Shown here: positions 1 through 16,815 of the stretch, one piece after another
Layout: every line of letters begins with the position of its first letter
How positions within the stretch are numbered: the first letter of the stretch is position 1
Assembly (NCBI RefSeq): GCF_009914755.1
Contig: NC_060947.1
Length of the DNA: 64,000 nucleotides
DNA from: the human T2T-CHM13v2.0 reference genome, Homo sapiens
Reading direction: 5' to 3' (one strand)
Translations under genes and position numbers: made by a program
Notes under the pieces: model-generated
The model's input: the letters and a program-made list of their open reading frames with translations, nothing else
The model's database searches: none
What the model was told of the DNA's origin: nothing

Positions 1-80
1 GAACTCCTGACCTCAGGTGATCCACCCGCCTCGGCCTCCCACAGTGCTGGGATTACAAGCATGAGCCACCTCACCCAGCC
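1..80 (-). mobile_element. Alu 5' end (partial, cut by window start)
   Basis: ctcctgacctcaggtgatccacccgcctcggcctccca...cccagcc. Confidence 0.9.
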
Positions 81-394
81 GAGTATATGTTTTAAAGTAT
101 GTAATGTAAATACTCAGGCAGTCAGTGGAGTCACAGGAAAATTCCCTCAAGGACTTTAATCAGCAGAAATGTTTGTGTATTTGTGTGTGTGTATATATAT
201 GTATATATGTGTGTATATGTGTATATTCCAGTAGTTACAGTTAATGTATATGTCATAACAATACAGAAAATGTTAATATTAAAATTTATGTCACCTTTAT
301 TCATTCACCTAATATAATCAGAATTGACAAAACATGTTAGCTATTCATGGCACTGAATGGAGTATTCTGAGCACAGTAGGAAACTCACAAAATT

Positions 395-688
395 GGCCAG
401 GTGCGGTTGCTCATGCCTGTAATCCCAGCAGTTTGGGAGGCCGAGGCAGGTGGATTGCCTGAGGTCAGGAGTTTAAGACCAGCCTGGCCAACATGGTGAA
501 ACCCTGTCTCTACTAAAAGTATTTTTAAAAATGAGCCGGGCATGGTGGCAGGTGCTGGTAATCCCAGCTACTCGGGAGGCTGAGGCAGGAGAATTGCTTG
601 AGCCGGGAGGCAGAGGTTACAGTGAGCCGAGATCACGCCACTGCACTCCAGCCTGGGTGACAAAGCAAGACTTCGTCTAAAAAAAAAA
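395..688 (+). mobile_element. AluS
   Basis: Dimeric Alu, A tail, TSD aaactcacaaaat. Confidence 0.93.
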
Positions 689-1038
689 CTCACAAAATCA
701 ATAAAGCAATGTGGGTCAACAGGATATGTGAATATTATAAGGATATTTCCCTATTCTATTCATTTATTATTTAGTACTTCACATAGTTTATTCTTAGCTG
801 ATTAGTGATTAAACCATTAGATAGTAATATGTTTGTTCATTTCACCCAATATATATTTACTCCTACTTTGTGCAACACAATATACTAGGCCCATTGAGAA
901 GTACAAAATGTACCCCTTACCTTCAAGGACGTGACAGAAATATAACTTTTTTGATAAAATGATTGCAAAAGATTTAATCAGGGTGACACTAAGAGAATGC
1001 TTTTGAAGACTTATCTCAAACAGGTCTTAGTTTATTCC

Positions 1039-1112
1039 AAGTCTTACAAAGTCAAAGTTGCATAAGTCTTACAAAGTCAAAGTTGCATAAGTCTTATAAA
1101 GTCAGAGTTGCA
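1039..1112. repeat. 25-bp tandem repeat, 3 copies
   Basis: AAGTCTTACAAAGTCAAAGTTGCAT occurs twice exactly, plus a third slightly diverged copy. Confidence 0.95.
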
Positions 1113-1318
1113 AAGTGAATAGTGAAGCAAATCAAGAAGATTTTTTTAGATCATATAAGAAAAGGTAATAATCAAAAAGTAAAATCCAGTTGCTGAATTT
1201 AGGTTAGTTAATATAAGGCATGATTATGTAAAACTGACTGTAAAATTGAGATCCAGTTTTTTAAAATCCAAGTTATTTGTAGGCAAATGTTAAACAATTA
1301 AAAAAATTTTTTTTCAAT

Positions 1319-1625
<307 letters not shown>

Positions 1626-2859
1626 TAAATCCTGCCCCTGATTTTATATTAGAAAATTCAGCAGGTGCACGCAGCAAATCTTAGGGGGAAAATGGTAGTT
1701 TTCCTAATACTTAAACTTTAGCTGCAAATACATGAGGCCCTGGATCCTAAAATCATTGGGGTCATATGCTAGATTCTGTGTGTATGGTAGAAAATTTGAA
1801 AATACTATTTTTGTGGGGAGAGAATTCATATAGAAAATGAAGTCTGTTGACGTATGGTAAGTAAGACAGGCGAAAAAAGTGTTTTGCAACTTCGCTTGTT
1901 GCTCTGATACTACTCATTAGTGTATGCTCACTTTTTTCTTTCTAAGATCATACCCTTTATTAGGCAGCAATATTCTTCTAATGGAGAAAAGAAAATGAGC
2001 AGTTTACAATTATGTAAATAAGACATAGTTTTTTCTATTTCTGAAAAGTAATAGAACTTTTTTCCCCTAAATGAATAAAATCTCAAATAAAATTAGAATC
2101 CCTGTACCTCACTACTCATTAAAGGGTGACACTAGTAACAATTTGTAAAGAGGAAACTGTAGAAATGCAATAAAAGAAGATTATCTTAGCAAAATTGAGA
2201 TTTCTCTCTGTATGTCATGCTAAAAATGTAGCTGAGAGCTGGTCTTTGCAAGATCAATGTGGGATCTATGCATGAAATGTGATTTGCATATTTAAAGAAA
2301 CAGTTTAAATCATAGCTTATAACCCATGCCACAGAGAGAAAGAAGTAATGTAATGCTGTTGTACCCTTGTCCATCTATGTATAGCTGAGTCCATGTGTGT
2401 GCCAAAAGGGCACAGGTGCACTTTTAATTCCCCAGAGACAATAAGGCTGGTATGTGGGGTTTATAAAAGCTTTTCCTTTTCATGTTCACCATGGCGATTG
2501 TGACTATTTTTTATATTTGGGATAGCACTGCCATTTCCCACTAATTTGTATTAGTTAAATGTGTTCAATTCTAAAAACCTCTTGATTCATGTTCAGGATG
2601 TTAGTCATATTCATTAGTTTCTAATTGCATTCTGTAACCTATGGTAGCTCTGGGGACTTCAAATGTAATTGAAGGTTTTAATTTTAACTCATTGAATCAA
2701 GTAGTGATATGGTGACATCAGTGTCTTAAGAATTTTTTTTTTCTGGAAGCATTATGTGATATGGATTGAATGCATGTAGAACAGTTGCAGTGTTCCAACC
2801 TTTAGGTGAGATGCACTTCCTAAAAGTGGCAATTGCAATGCACAGACAAAGGTGGATGC

Positions 2860-3500
2860 CAAAGGCATTTTGAAAATGATTGATGAGACTTGGTGACTGG
2901 CTGGTTATGGTTAATACAAAAGATAAAGAGTAAAAGCTAACTCTGTGGTTTTAAGCAGTGACAGCTGGAAGAGTAGTAATGCCACTGGGGAAAACAGGAT
3001 AATCAGAAACAGATCTGGTTTCTGGGAGAAGGTGGTCTGCTCAGGTTTGGATATGATGCTTATGAAGACATGGGACACTCAATTACATGTTTAATTTTAT
3101 GTGAGACTAGAAGACCATTCCTCAAATAAAAGATTGGGGTTTGGGTATAGAGATTTGGGCTTATATATAATAACAATATAAGATTTCAGCTTATATATAA
3201 TAAGATATAATATATTGTTATTATATATAATAACAATATTACATCTTATTATATATAACATATTATATATTATATATAATAAGATGTAATATTGTTATTA
3301 TATATGATAACAATATATAAGATTTCAGCTTATATATAATAGCAAAAGCCTTGATGTAAGAGCAATGCATTAAGACAGGGTTTATAGAGAAAAAAACGCG
3401 TTTATAGAGATCTTGGGGAATGCTTCCATCTGAATGGTGGGAAGGAGAATAGAATGCAGCAAATGAAACAAAGGAAGAGCTGTCATCTTGCTCTATAAAA
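2860..3500 (-). mobile_element. L2 fragment interrupted by an AT-rich palindromic insert
   Basis: gacttggtgactgg...gtaatgccactgggg...gctcaggtttggatatg...agatttgggc are purine-rich antisense L2 blocks. Confidence 0.55.
3210..3318. repeat. AT-rich inverted repeat: 49-bp arms, 1 mismatch, 11-nt spacer
   Basis: Arms 3210-3258 and 3270-3318 checked base by base. The only mismatch is T3222/G3306. Confidence 0.93.
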
Positions 3501-3826
3501 GTATTTAGCATGAAAGAGATCTCTATTTGGAGTTAAAGCAGTATTATGGTATTGGCCTCAAACAATTTTTCCATGTGTCAAGTAGTAATTTCTTTTCAAA
3601 TATTGATAAGAAATCTTCACAGATATTACAATAAATGTATTCAGAATTCTTATATACTGTGGGTCTGAAATCAACCATAATTATTTTTATGAGTTGACAA
3701 AATTATAATAAATGCAAATATCCTTTGCTGTAGATTAGAGGCATTTTTGGAAAGTTTCCTATGAAAAATATTTTCCATTTACTGGGGTTTTCTTTCTAAA
3801 TATTCCCTTTATATGTAGAAACTTAA

Positions 3827-4252
<426 letters not shown>

Positions 4253-4269
4253 AGTTTGTATCTTTATAA

Positions 4270-4410
4270 TGACCCCACCAGATCAGAGAGGCAGGTGATA
4301 TTATTCCTGTTCTACAGGTATGAAAACTGAGACTCAAAGTGGTTTAGGTGTCTTGCCCAAAGGCATATGTAAAGGAAGCGGGAATTGGGTCTTCTGACTC
4401 CAAGACCAGC
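4270..4410 (-). mobile_element. MIR
   Basis: tattattcctgttctacaggtatgaaaactgagactcaaagtggtttaggtgtcttgcccaagg (MIR core). Confidence 0.65.
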
Positions 4411-5369
4411 TTTCTTTTTGCTGTTACTGTGCTGTCTCACATTTGTTATACATTCCCTGAAGACTCCTGTGAGGGAAACTTTAGAATTTCATCAAAGCAA
4501 ATCCTAAAGGTACATGATAAATTTGTTGTCTGTTTTATTGAGTAAAAATCTGTCTAGTCAGCAGTCCATACGTTAGGTCAGAGGTCTAAAGTAATTGTTT
4601 ACTGGGCTTTTTTGGATACATTCTGAGGCATATTAATTCTTTCAGGCTTTTTTTTTTTTTTTTTGAGTAAATTACTCTTGAAAGGGTTCTTATTGGTACC
4701 CTCTAGAGGTTCAGAAGAGTTAATTGGCTTACAAAACATATGTGGATCGAACTTGGGGAATAGTTCAGTCATCTCTTAACATCTGGATGTACTGTTTTAT
4801 TATTTTACCATTATGTATTTGTATCTGAAAACTGCAGCCATTTAAAAATAAATATGGTAAGTAAACAGTATGTATATAATTAAGAATAATTCACTGTAGC
4901 TCTTCAAGTTTACAGCACTGTTAAAAATAACCTGGTGTATCCATGTAACTTATGAATTCAATGAAATTTAAATAACTGAAAAACAATTTTTACAGTAACA
5001 TGCCATTCACATTTTGAAAATATTACCAATTATTTTAATATTATCTACTTTGAAAATATGGGAAACAAAATTGTTCATGATGTTTGTGTGCACATCATTC
5101 AAAGAACCAAAACAAAATTTTTATCAATCTGCATTCCCTCAGAGAGATAAAATATTGCTCTGTGAAAATCTGATTTTCACCATATGCTAATCATACCCTC
5201 TTCCACAGACCTCTTCTCTTACTTCCTCCTGAACATAACCTTCCATCAAAACAAGAAACAACACAAAAACATCCTCCAAGAAAAAAAGAAATTACAAAAT
5301 ACAAAAGCAATTCACAAAGCCAGAAATAAATGTTTATTTAGTTAAAAAAAATAAAAAGATGAATGTTGA

Positions 5370-6580
<1,211 letters not shown>

Positions 6581-6671
6581 TTTCAGGGCCTAAAAGAACT
6601 TCAGATACCAGGTTCACCTTGTACTTCCCATACTTGGAAATACTGCTGAACTAAATCTTGCCTTATTCTCA

Positions 6672-6850
6672 GCAGGCAGTAGAGCATGTTGGTTAAGAAC
6701 ACACATGAGACTTCATAACTTCAAATATTGTCTCTGCCACTTACTAGTTACATGACTTTGAAGAAATTATTTAATCTCTCTTTGTCTCAGGTTTTTCATA
6801 TGTAAAACTGGCATAATAACAAGATACGTTTTATAGGATGAAATGAGTAT
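6672..6850 (+). mobile_element. MIR
   Basis: ctctgccacttactagttacatgactttgaagaaattatttaatctctctttgtctcaggtttttcatatgtaaaactgg. Confidence 0.75.
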
Positions 6851-7451
6851 GTGCATGTGTGTGTGTTTGTGTGTCTGTTTATACAACACTGGGATTTGTA
6901 ACTTGGCAACTTCCTGGAATGTACTGGAGTATCATTTTAAAGCCCATGGTAATGACAAAGAGATCAGTTATTTAGGATGCGTTTTGGTCAATTCTAAAAG
7001 GAAGCTATAAGATGGGATAATGGAGAATTTCATTTGGACTCCTCCGTGTTATTTTCAGAAGTGATAATTTGGCCATTGAGATTGAATTTCATGTTGCTTT
7101 ATAGTGGCTGATTTTTCCTTTTATACTGACTGGGATACAGGACCTGGCTTTGAGTTTCTGCATGTGTCTGTTGCTTTTATATTTTATTTATTTAATTTGG
7201 GGATTTACAAAATAAATTTTGCCAGCCTGCTTTGATCATAGCTGTCTGTGGCATTGTGCTAACTCAATTAAAAAGTTTTTTTTTCTGTCCTGTTAAATTA
7301 ACATTCTATTGATACATTCAACAGAATAAACTTATATAATCAATTCCACATTATAGAATTCACAATATACATTTTACCCTCAGAAGGATGCAAAGAATTG
7401 TTGTAAGGAGACTCAGTTGCATTATGGTTATAGAGGCATCAAGAAATCCAG

Positions 7452-7845
<394 letters not shown>

Positions 7846-7897
7846 CTAGGAAATTGCTGATATCCCTCCCCAAGGGGGCATTTTTGTTAATCTAGAA

Positions 7898-8239
7898 CAT
7901 GGATCAACAAACTTTTTCTGCAGAGAGCAAGATATTAAATATTTTAGGGCTTACGGACCACACACAGTCCCTGTCACAAGGACTCAGGACTGCCTTTATA
8001 GTCCAAAAGCAGCCATAGGCAATATGTAAACGATGGACCTGGCTGTTTTTCAATAAAACTTTATTTATGGACACTGAAATTTAAATTTCATATACTTTTC
8101 ATGTGTCACAAAATGCTATCCTTCTTTTGATTTTTTTTTCAGCCACTTAAAAATGTAAAAAGCATTCTTAGTTCACAGGCCATACGAAAACAGGCAGCCA
8201 GCTAGATATGGCCTGCAGACAGTAGTTCACCAATCCCTT
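7898..8239 (+). mobile_element. MER58B hAT-Charlie non-autonomous DNA transposon
   Basis: ~340 bp with degenerate TIRs (catggatcaacaaact ... agttcaccaatccctt), 8-bp TSD atctagaa/atctagtc and the internal caataaaactttatttatggacactgaaattt block. Confidence 0.82.
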
Positions 8240-8729
8240 ATCTAGTCTAGCCAAGCAATGTATACATATGTCTATTTGAGGAACTTCTATATTGAAGACA
8301 TTATCTCATAGTACTTGTATTAGTGAACATTTTCACTTTCCTTTCCCTTGTTTCATAAATGATCACTAGGCATTTGAATATTTCAGAGCCTTTAGCCAGA
8401 TTGCATGTGTATTTGTGCTTGTATATATTTTTGCCAGAACACTTGAAAGTCTCTGGGCCTTTTATTCATCTTTGCTTTGCCAAATATTTTCCCACCTGTA
8501 TAGATGAATTAAAATTTTCAACAGCCTTTCTTTGAACATGACTTTTGAGACCAGTTGCTATTTAAATTACACAAAAGTATATTTAGCCCTTCTTTGTGTT
8601 TTATTCCCTTTTTGCCAGGGTGGAAGGACTTTTCAGGAACATATTTGAATAGATGGAGAATTCTGAAAAACATAACCCAGATATTTATTTGGGTCTCAGA
8701 GAAGAAGACGTTTTGAAAACAACCTTTGT

Positions 8730-9036
8730 GGCTGGGCACAGTGGCTCATGCCTGTAATCCCAACACTTTGGGAGGCCACGGTGGGTGGATCATGAGGTCA
8801 GGAGATGGAGACCATCCTGGCCAACATGGTGAAACCCCATCTCTACTCAAAATACAAAAATTAGCCAGGCGTGGTGGCACATGCCTGTAATCCCAGCTAC
8901 TCAGGAGGCTGAGGCAGGAGAATGGCTTGAACCTGGGAGGCAGAGGTTGTGGTGAGCCAAGATCGCACCAATGCACTCCAGCCTGTGGGATAGGGCGAGA
9001 CTACGTCAAAAAAAAAAAAAAAAAAAAAAGAAAGAA
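8730..9036 (+). mobile_element. AluSc-like
   Basis: Dimeric Alu with A tail. Confidence 0.9.
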
Positions 9037-9882
9037 ATTTTATCAATTTATCCTGCTTGAAGTCTTTCAGCGCTTTCTCACTACACTTAAGGTGAAACCC
9101 AAATTCCTTACGGTGTCCTACAAGACCCTACCTACCTCTCAAACTTCATCTCAAATTTTTTTTTTAAATCCATTATTTTGTTAGTAGACAAAACTACATA
9201 AAGTATAATAAATTTATGACATGATAATGCCCAGATAACTAATCAAGACTTGCTTTATTTAGGGACTGCTTTCAGTAGTGAGGAACTTAAAAACATAGTA
9301 CAATTATATTATCTAATTGCTTTAGTTTGTATTGCCAATTTCTTATTTCAGGGCATATAGTAATCCTATTAATATCCACAGTTAATGAATAAGGAAAATA
9401 CAACCATAGGCTTACTATATCCTTTGAAGCATCTTTTGTCTGACCTATAACCCTATTACCCAGGAGAAATATTGCTAATCCAGGCAACACTAATGTGGAA
9501 TGGACTCTAATGGCTTCAGGACTATGACCTCAGCACTGATCTCAACAACCTGCATTCAGTTTGGGTGAAAATTCGTGGCTTTGTATATGTTACATACCTG
9601 TGGACTTCATGCATTAAACTTGTTCCTCAAAAACTCTGTGAAGTGCAAGAATCTGCATATAGTCCTATTAATTTCCCTGAAGAGTTCAGGAATAAAGTTA
9701 ATGAAAAATTTACCCATGATCACAAAAATTACACTCAACAAGGCTAACATTATTTTAATACAGCATTATAGCTTTATGGAAACACTATTTATGTGTACTT
9801 AATTCTTGCCAAATAGTAATGTGGAAGACAGTATCTATTCAAATGGTTCATCAATCTGTATGATCTTTTCACAACTTATTGA

Positions 9883-10248
<366 letters not shown>

Positions 10249-10955
10249 GTGTAAAGTTTTCATTAAGTGATTGCTCAGATAAAAGCATTTGTGAATGCTT
10301 ATTCAAGAAGCAGGTAGTCGTCTTGTTGTGAAACAGTGTTCATTTATCGCATCTAGTTTGTCAAAACATTGTTTGACAGTATTGAATATAAATTGTTTTC
10401 TACCTGTTTGTTCTTCGTGACCTTTTTGCAGTACTATTTACTCAATTATTGTAGTTCACAACTAAACACACCTATAAACATATACTCAAAATTCCAAATT
10501 TTACAGACTAGTAATTTCAGATTTCTTAAACTAGGATTTTCTTCTTTCTAGTTTTAGTCAACACGTCTACATTCTTCATAGCCCTTGCTTTTCCATGATT
10601 TTACTAATTTATTTTAAGCCTTTCTATTGTTATATTAAGTAGCCTCCTTTGACAACCTACACTTTTATCATTAGTGTTCTAGTTCCAAGGTTAAAGAAGA
10701 ATGCATTACATAGATTGGACAAGTGAAGACATTAGTATGGGATTGTCATAAAGGATTTATCAGCATTTGAAGCTCCTGACAAGCTTTTTTTTTTTTAATT
10801 TAGAAGAATGCCATTCCAGCCATTTAAATAAAATCTCCAGGAGAAGACTATTCAGGTTAGACCAATATCAAGTCGAAAAGACTTGACCTATTAAAATTAT
10901 TCCAGTTTGAGTTGTAGGTGGGTGGGGCATCTTTTATTACAAAACAACCAAATGA

Positions 10956-11286
<331 letters not shown>

Positions 11287-13235
11287 CGCAAAAAAAGATT
11301 TTTCTTGACGAGAACAAACCATTCCACCAAGACTTTATCCAGCATTGCTTTATTACTTCCTAGTCCTGGCCTTGAGCTAAGACTGTCAAGAAAGGTAGGA
11401 GATTTCAGTTTGTTTTTTAGCCTTTGATTTAAAAAATCACGCATAGTATTTGCTGCAGGCAGAATAACACTTGCAGAAGAGACAGCAGGGGAAGGGACTG
11501 GGATTCTTCAAGGGGCAGCTTGACTGTCTGTCCACTACTGTTGGTTTGGTGCTCAGGCTTCAGAATTTTCTTATTGCAAATTATTACTTAGACAGTTTCA
11601 AACTTTCCCTTCCTCCTTGTTTTCTTTTTGTTAGAAGTCTCTCTTTATTTTTTCAAACATGCAGTCAGACTGAGGTTTTCAGGCTGAGAACTTGTGCAAA
11701 TGTATGAACTCAGACATTGAAGTGTACTTAGCGAAGTTTTAAGAGTTAAATCATAGAATGCAGCTTTCATGTTTTCTTACTGGATTTCCTCTGCTATCAG
11801 CATCAGTTCAGACCACATTATGAATCCAGTTGAGAAAAACTGCACTTTCTTCCCAAGGGCACATGTTAGAGGAGTAAATGATGGTACTTAAGAACACATA
11901 TTTAGAATGCACATTTTTAAGTTTTATGGAATAAGAATTCTAGTTGTGTTTTCTGTGAAGGTGACTTTTTAACAGGTTTTTTTTTTTTTTCCCCCTAAGA
12001 ATGAGTCATTTTCTCACATTTTTCTTCATTATAGGGATTTTTTATTTGGGTACCATTTACCGTTTATTTTCTTTAAAGGCCAAAGAAGCTCACAGTGATG
12101 AGCTTTTGCTATTGTTACTGTATAAACACATTTGCTTCATTTCCAGGTACAGCGTTCATGTAAAATGAAACTACCTTATAAATGCACTTGAGAAAGAATG
12201 CAACAGTGTCTATTGTTCAGGATGCTTGTAATGTTCCTTTTCTTTTTTACATATGCTTTCCGGATGAGTCACTTTAATGGTATGCCGTTCCGCTGATAGT
12301 AATTCTTCAACTAAATATATTCAGTTAAGGAAAATTACAGGGTACTTATATAATCATGTTTGGGCCTATTCACATATAGACTTGCAAGAGTAAATTCTTA
12401 CTTGGTCTTTCTTAGAGCAAAGATGTAAGAAGTGCTCCGTTAATTTGTCAATGGTTACAATGAATAGAAACATTTAATTCAGAAAAAAATCCACAAATTC
12501 CTGGAAATGCTTTTATATTTACATAGAATTACACATTCTTAATATGGTCTAGACAGTGTCACTGGAATACTGTGATTTTTTTTCTTGCATGCATATCTGT
12601 TCTCTTATATACTGTGTAATTGAAGAGTCCTTCCGTTCAAACTCTTGCTTAAAATATGTATCTTATACTTTACCTTAGGATTATGTATTAGAGAAAGTCT
12701 GTCATTTAAAATGTTTTGAATGAGGATCAGGCCACTATCATATATTTGCTTGAAGCCAGGGAAAAAGTATATGTATATTTTTCAACTGAAGCAAGTAGAT
12801 AAATAAGATATGTGAGGAAAGTTTCTCCTACATATAACTCAAGAGAGTACACTAAGCTTAAAAGGTTATTTATGGAGTACAAGGAAGAAAGCTATAATAA
12901 AGAACCCGATAGCTATAATTTAATTTTTTAGTGTTATAATTCAGATTCAGTAATTCAGTAGCAGATTTAAAAAATGAAATGAGAGAAAAAAAATTAAAGT
13001 GCTACCAGACTGACTAATCAGTCATTGAAAATGCCTGTAGTGGGAATTTACTCAGATAGAAAATGTTTGCACTGTCATTAAAGACCCCCTAGTTTATATT
13101 AGTGAACTAATATAATGACAGGCACAAAAATATACCCTGAGGCTGAGGCTGTGCAAAGGCAAGCATTTCTAACCCACTCTGGTACTTAAATATTCTTGGC
13201 ACTACAGGTACCATCATCACCCTGCAACCTCTAGT

Positions 13236-13240
<5 letters not shown>

Positions 13241-13285
<45 letters not shown>

Positions 13286-13318
13286 TTCTCACACACACAC
13301 ACGCACACGCACATGCAC
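13241..13318. repeat. Compound (CT)n-(CA)n microsatellite
   Basis: Direct reading. Confidence 0.95.
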
Positions 13319-13736
13319 CCCCTACCTGAGAAATATTAGAAGTAGTGTAGGCAAAGACCTAGTTAAATATTTAAATAATCATAATATTAATTGATTGCCA
13401 ACTCTTAAGATTGAGGCAAATGTGTTCAAGGCAATTAATGAGGCAGGTAAACACATATTAATTCTTTTCTAATACTTTTTTTTTGTCTGTTACCTTTTAG
13501 ACAAGTCTAGAAAGCCAAAGTGATGAACTTTTAAATGCCAAGGAAATACAGACTATTGCATGGGTTTTAATTTCCAGAAATATTATTTAAATTTGGAACT
13601 TGCTAATAAGTCTGATAAATTGGCTGTTAGTTAGTGTAATTGTCACTAGTTCCCAAACCTAAAATTCCATGTACCCTGTAAAATCTAAACACAGAAAACA
13701 CAATCTAAATTTAGTTCTCTTTATTAAAAAAAGACC

Positions 13737-14032
13737 AGCTGGGCGCTGTGGCTCGCGCCTGTAATCCCAGCACTTTGGGAGGCCGAGGAGGGTGGATCAC
13801 GAGGTCAGGAGATCGAGACCATCCTGGCTAACACAGTGAAACCCCGTCTCTACTAAAAATACAAAAAGTTAGCCGGGCGTGGTGGCGGGCGCCTGTAGTC
13901 CCAGCTACTCAGGAGGCTGAGGCAGGAGAATGGCGTGAACCTGGGAAGCAGAGCTTGTAGTGAGCCGAGATTGTACCACTGCATTCCAGCCTGGGCAACA
14001 GAGCAAGACTGCATCTCAAAAAAAAAAAAAAA
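13737..14032 (+). mobile_element. AluY
   Basis: gagaatggcgtgaacc diagnostic. TSD aaaaaaagacca. Confidence 0.93.
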
Positions 14033-14199
14033 GACCAATATTACGTTAAATTAGGCCATAGTAGGGATAGCAGGTTGGAAATGTCTGCATTTTTTTCCCG
14101 TAGATTACATCTAAATAGTTGTTTAATTCGTGGTAGCATGTATACAGTGGGAATGTGTATGTTGGAAGGTAGGGTGTAGGAAAGAGGATAGTGAAATAT

Positions 14200-14410
14200 A
14201 AAATGAATATTTATGTACTAGGTATAATAATAAGTACTTTATCAAATCATTTAACCTAAATGACTACCCTTTAAGGAAGATATTATCATCATCATTTTGC
14301 AAATCAGGAAATGAAGGCCTAGAGAAGCTAAGTCATTGGCTTAAGATAACCTAACTAGTAATATGTATGGCTGAGATTAGAACCTAGGTCTGTCTGATTC
14401 CTAAAACCAT
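14200..14410 (-). mobile_element. MIR
   Basis: catcattttgcaaatcaggaaatgaaggcctagagaagctaagt...gagattagaacctaggtctgtctgattc. Confidence 0.65.
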
Positions 14411-14698
14411 TCCTACCCCATCCAATTCTGCCACAGCAGCATATATAAGTAACATGACCTTGTGCCAATGAATGATAAAGAGTACAGGTTTTATTTCATG
14501 ATGCTGGCCTTCCAGGCTCCAGAAATACTGCTTTACATTTACAATTTCCTGAGATGACATCACTTATACCCCTCCTTAAGAGTAGTGCATACCTTATAGA
14601 ATTTTTGTATTAGATAAGTTAATACATAAAACTACTTAGAATAATGTCTAGCACATAGTAAGTACTCAGTAAATGTTGGTTATTACTTAAGAACTTAA

Positions 14699-15009
<311 letters not shown>

Positions 15010-15183
15010 AGTAATGGCTAATTCTTACACCACAGAAGGACTAGTTGAAGGAACTGGGTATGTATAGGCTGGGTAGATTAAGAAGATTCAACTGATACAT
15101 TTCTTGTAAAATAGGTAGTAGACTTGATCAGTGCTACTATGAGGCAAAATTAGGAGTAATAGATAAGAGTTTAAGTAGGCTGA

Positions 15184-15483
15184 TTTTTTTTTTTTTTTTT
15201 TTTTTGAGACGGAGTCTCACTCTTTTGCCAGGCTAGAGTGCAGTGGCGCGATCTAGGCTCACTGCAACCTTTGCCTCCCGGATTCCAGCGATTCTCCTGC
15301 CTCAGCCTCCTGAGTAGCTGGGATTACAGGCGCCCACCACCACGCCTGGCTAATTTTTGTATTTTTAGTAGAGACGGGGTTTCACCAAGTTGGCCAGGAT
15401 GGTCTCGATCTCTTGACCTTGTGATCCGCCCGCCTCGGCCTCCCAAAGTGCTGAGATAACAGGCGTGAGCCGCCACACCTGGC
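15184..15483 (-). mobile_element. AluSc-like
   Basis: TSD aagtaggctgattttt. Confidence 0.92.
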
Positions 15484-15745
15484 TAAGTAGGCTGATTTTT
15501 CTTATGAGTAAATAAAAAAATTCTAGTGATATCAACTGTCAACAATTGAATAAGGCACTTAGGATGTAGGGAGTACTCTGTTTTAGATCTAATATATGCA
15601 ACACCCCAGATTTACTGGGCACTCCTTTGCCATCTCCCACCTCCAAACCCAGGCTACTCATTTCCCAGCCATAGTGGGAAGTTAACATTGCTAGAAACAA
15701 TTTCACCAATGAAGGAACAGGAGATGCTAAGGAGTAAGCAGGTAA

Positions 15746-16076
<331 letters not shown>

Positions 16077-16118
16077 TCTAACCTACTTTTCTAAGTTACA
16101 TTTGTTTTATCTGGAGAC

Positions 16119-16611
<493 letters not shown>

Positions 16612-16669
16612 ACGGAGACAACCTGAGACACTAAACAACCAGCATTTTTTTTTTTTTTTTTGTAAAGCT

Positions 16670-16815
16670 ATGACAAGTTCTGGAACTTACCCTCTTGTAT
16701 TTGCTGTCTTTCCCTCATGCCTGCTTCTCTGGGATTATATCCCGCTCACCCCAACAAGGCCTTAAGAAGTAAGCTCTAACTTAGGCTATGTTTTGCAGGG
16801 ACTCAGACTGTGATA
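16670..16815 (+). mobile_element. Old ERVL LTR 3' fragment (LTR33-like)
   Basis: aagctctaacttaggctatgttttgcagggactcagactgtgata resembles the LTR33/LTR16 3' terminus. Confidence 0.4.

Noticed and set aside
3210-3318. Hairpin as a pre-miRNA or MADE1-type MITE
   Set aside because: It is over 90% AT and low complexity, lacks mariner TIR sequence, and is explained by local templated duplication.
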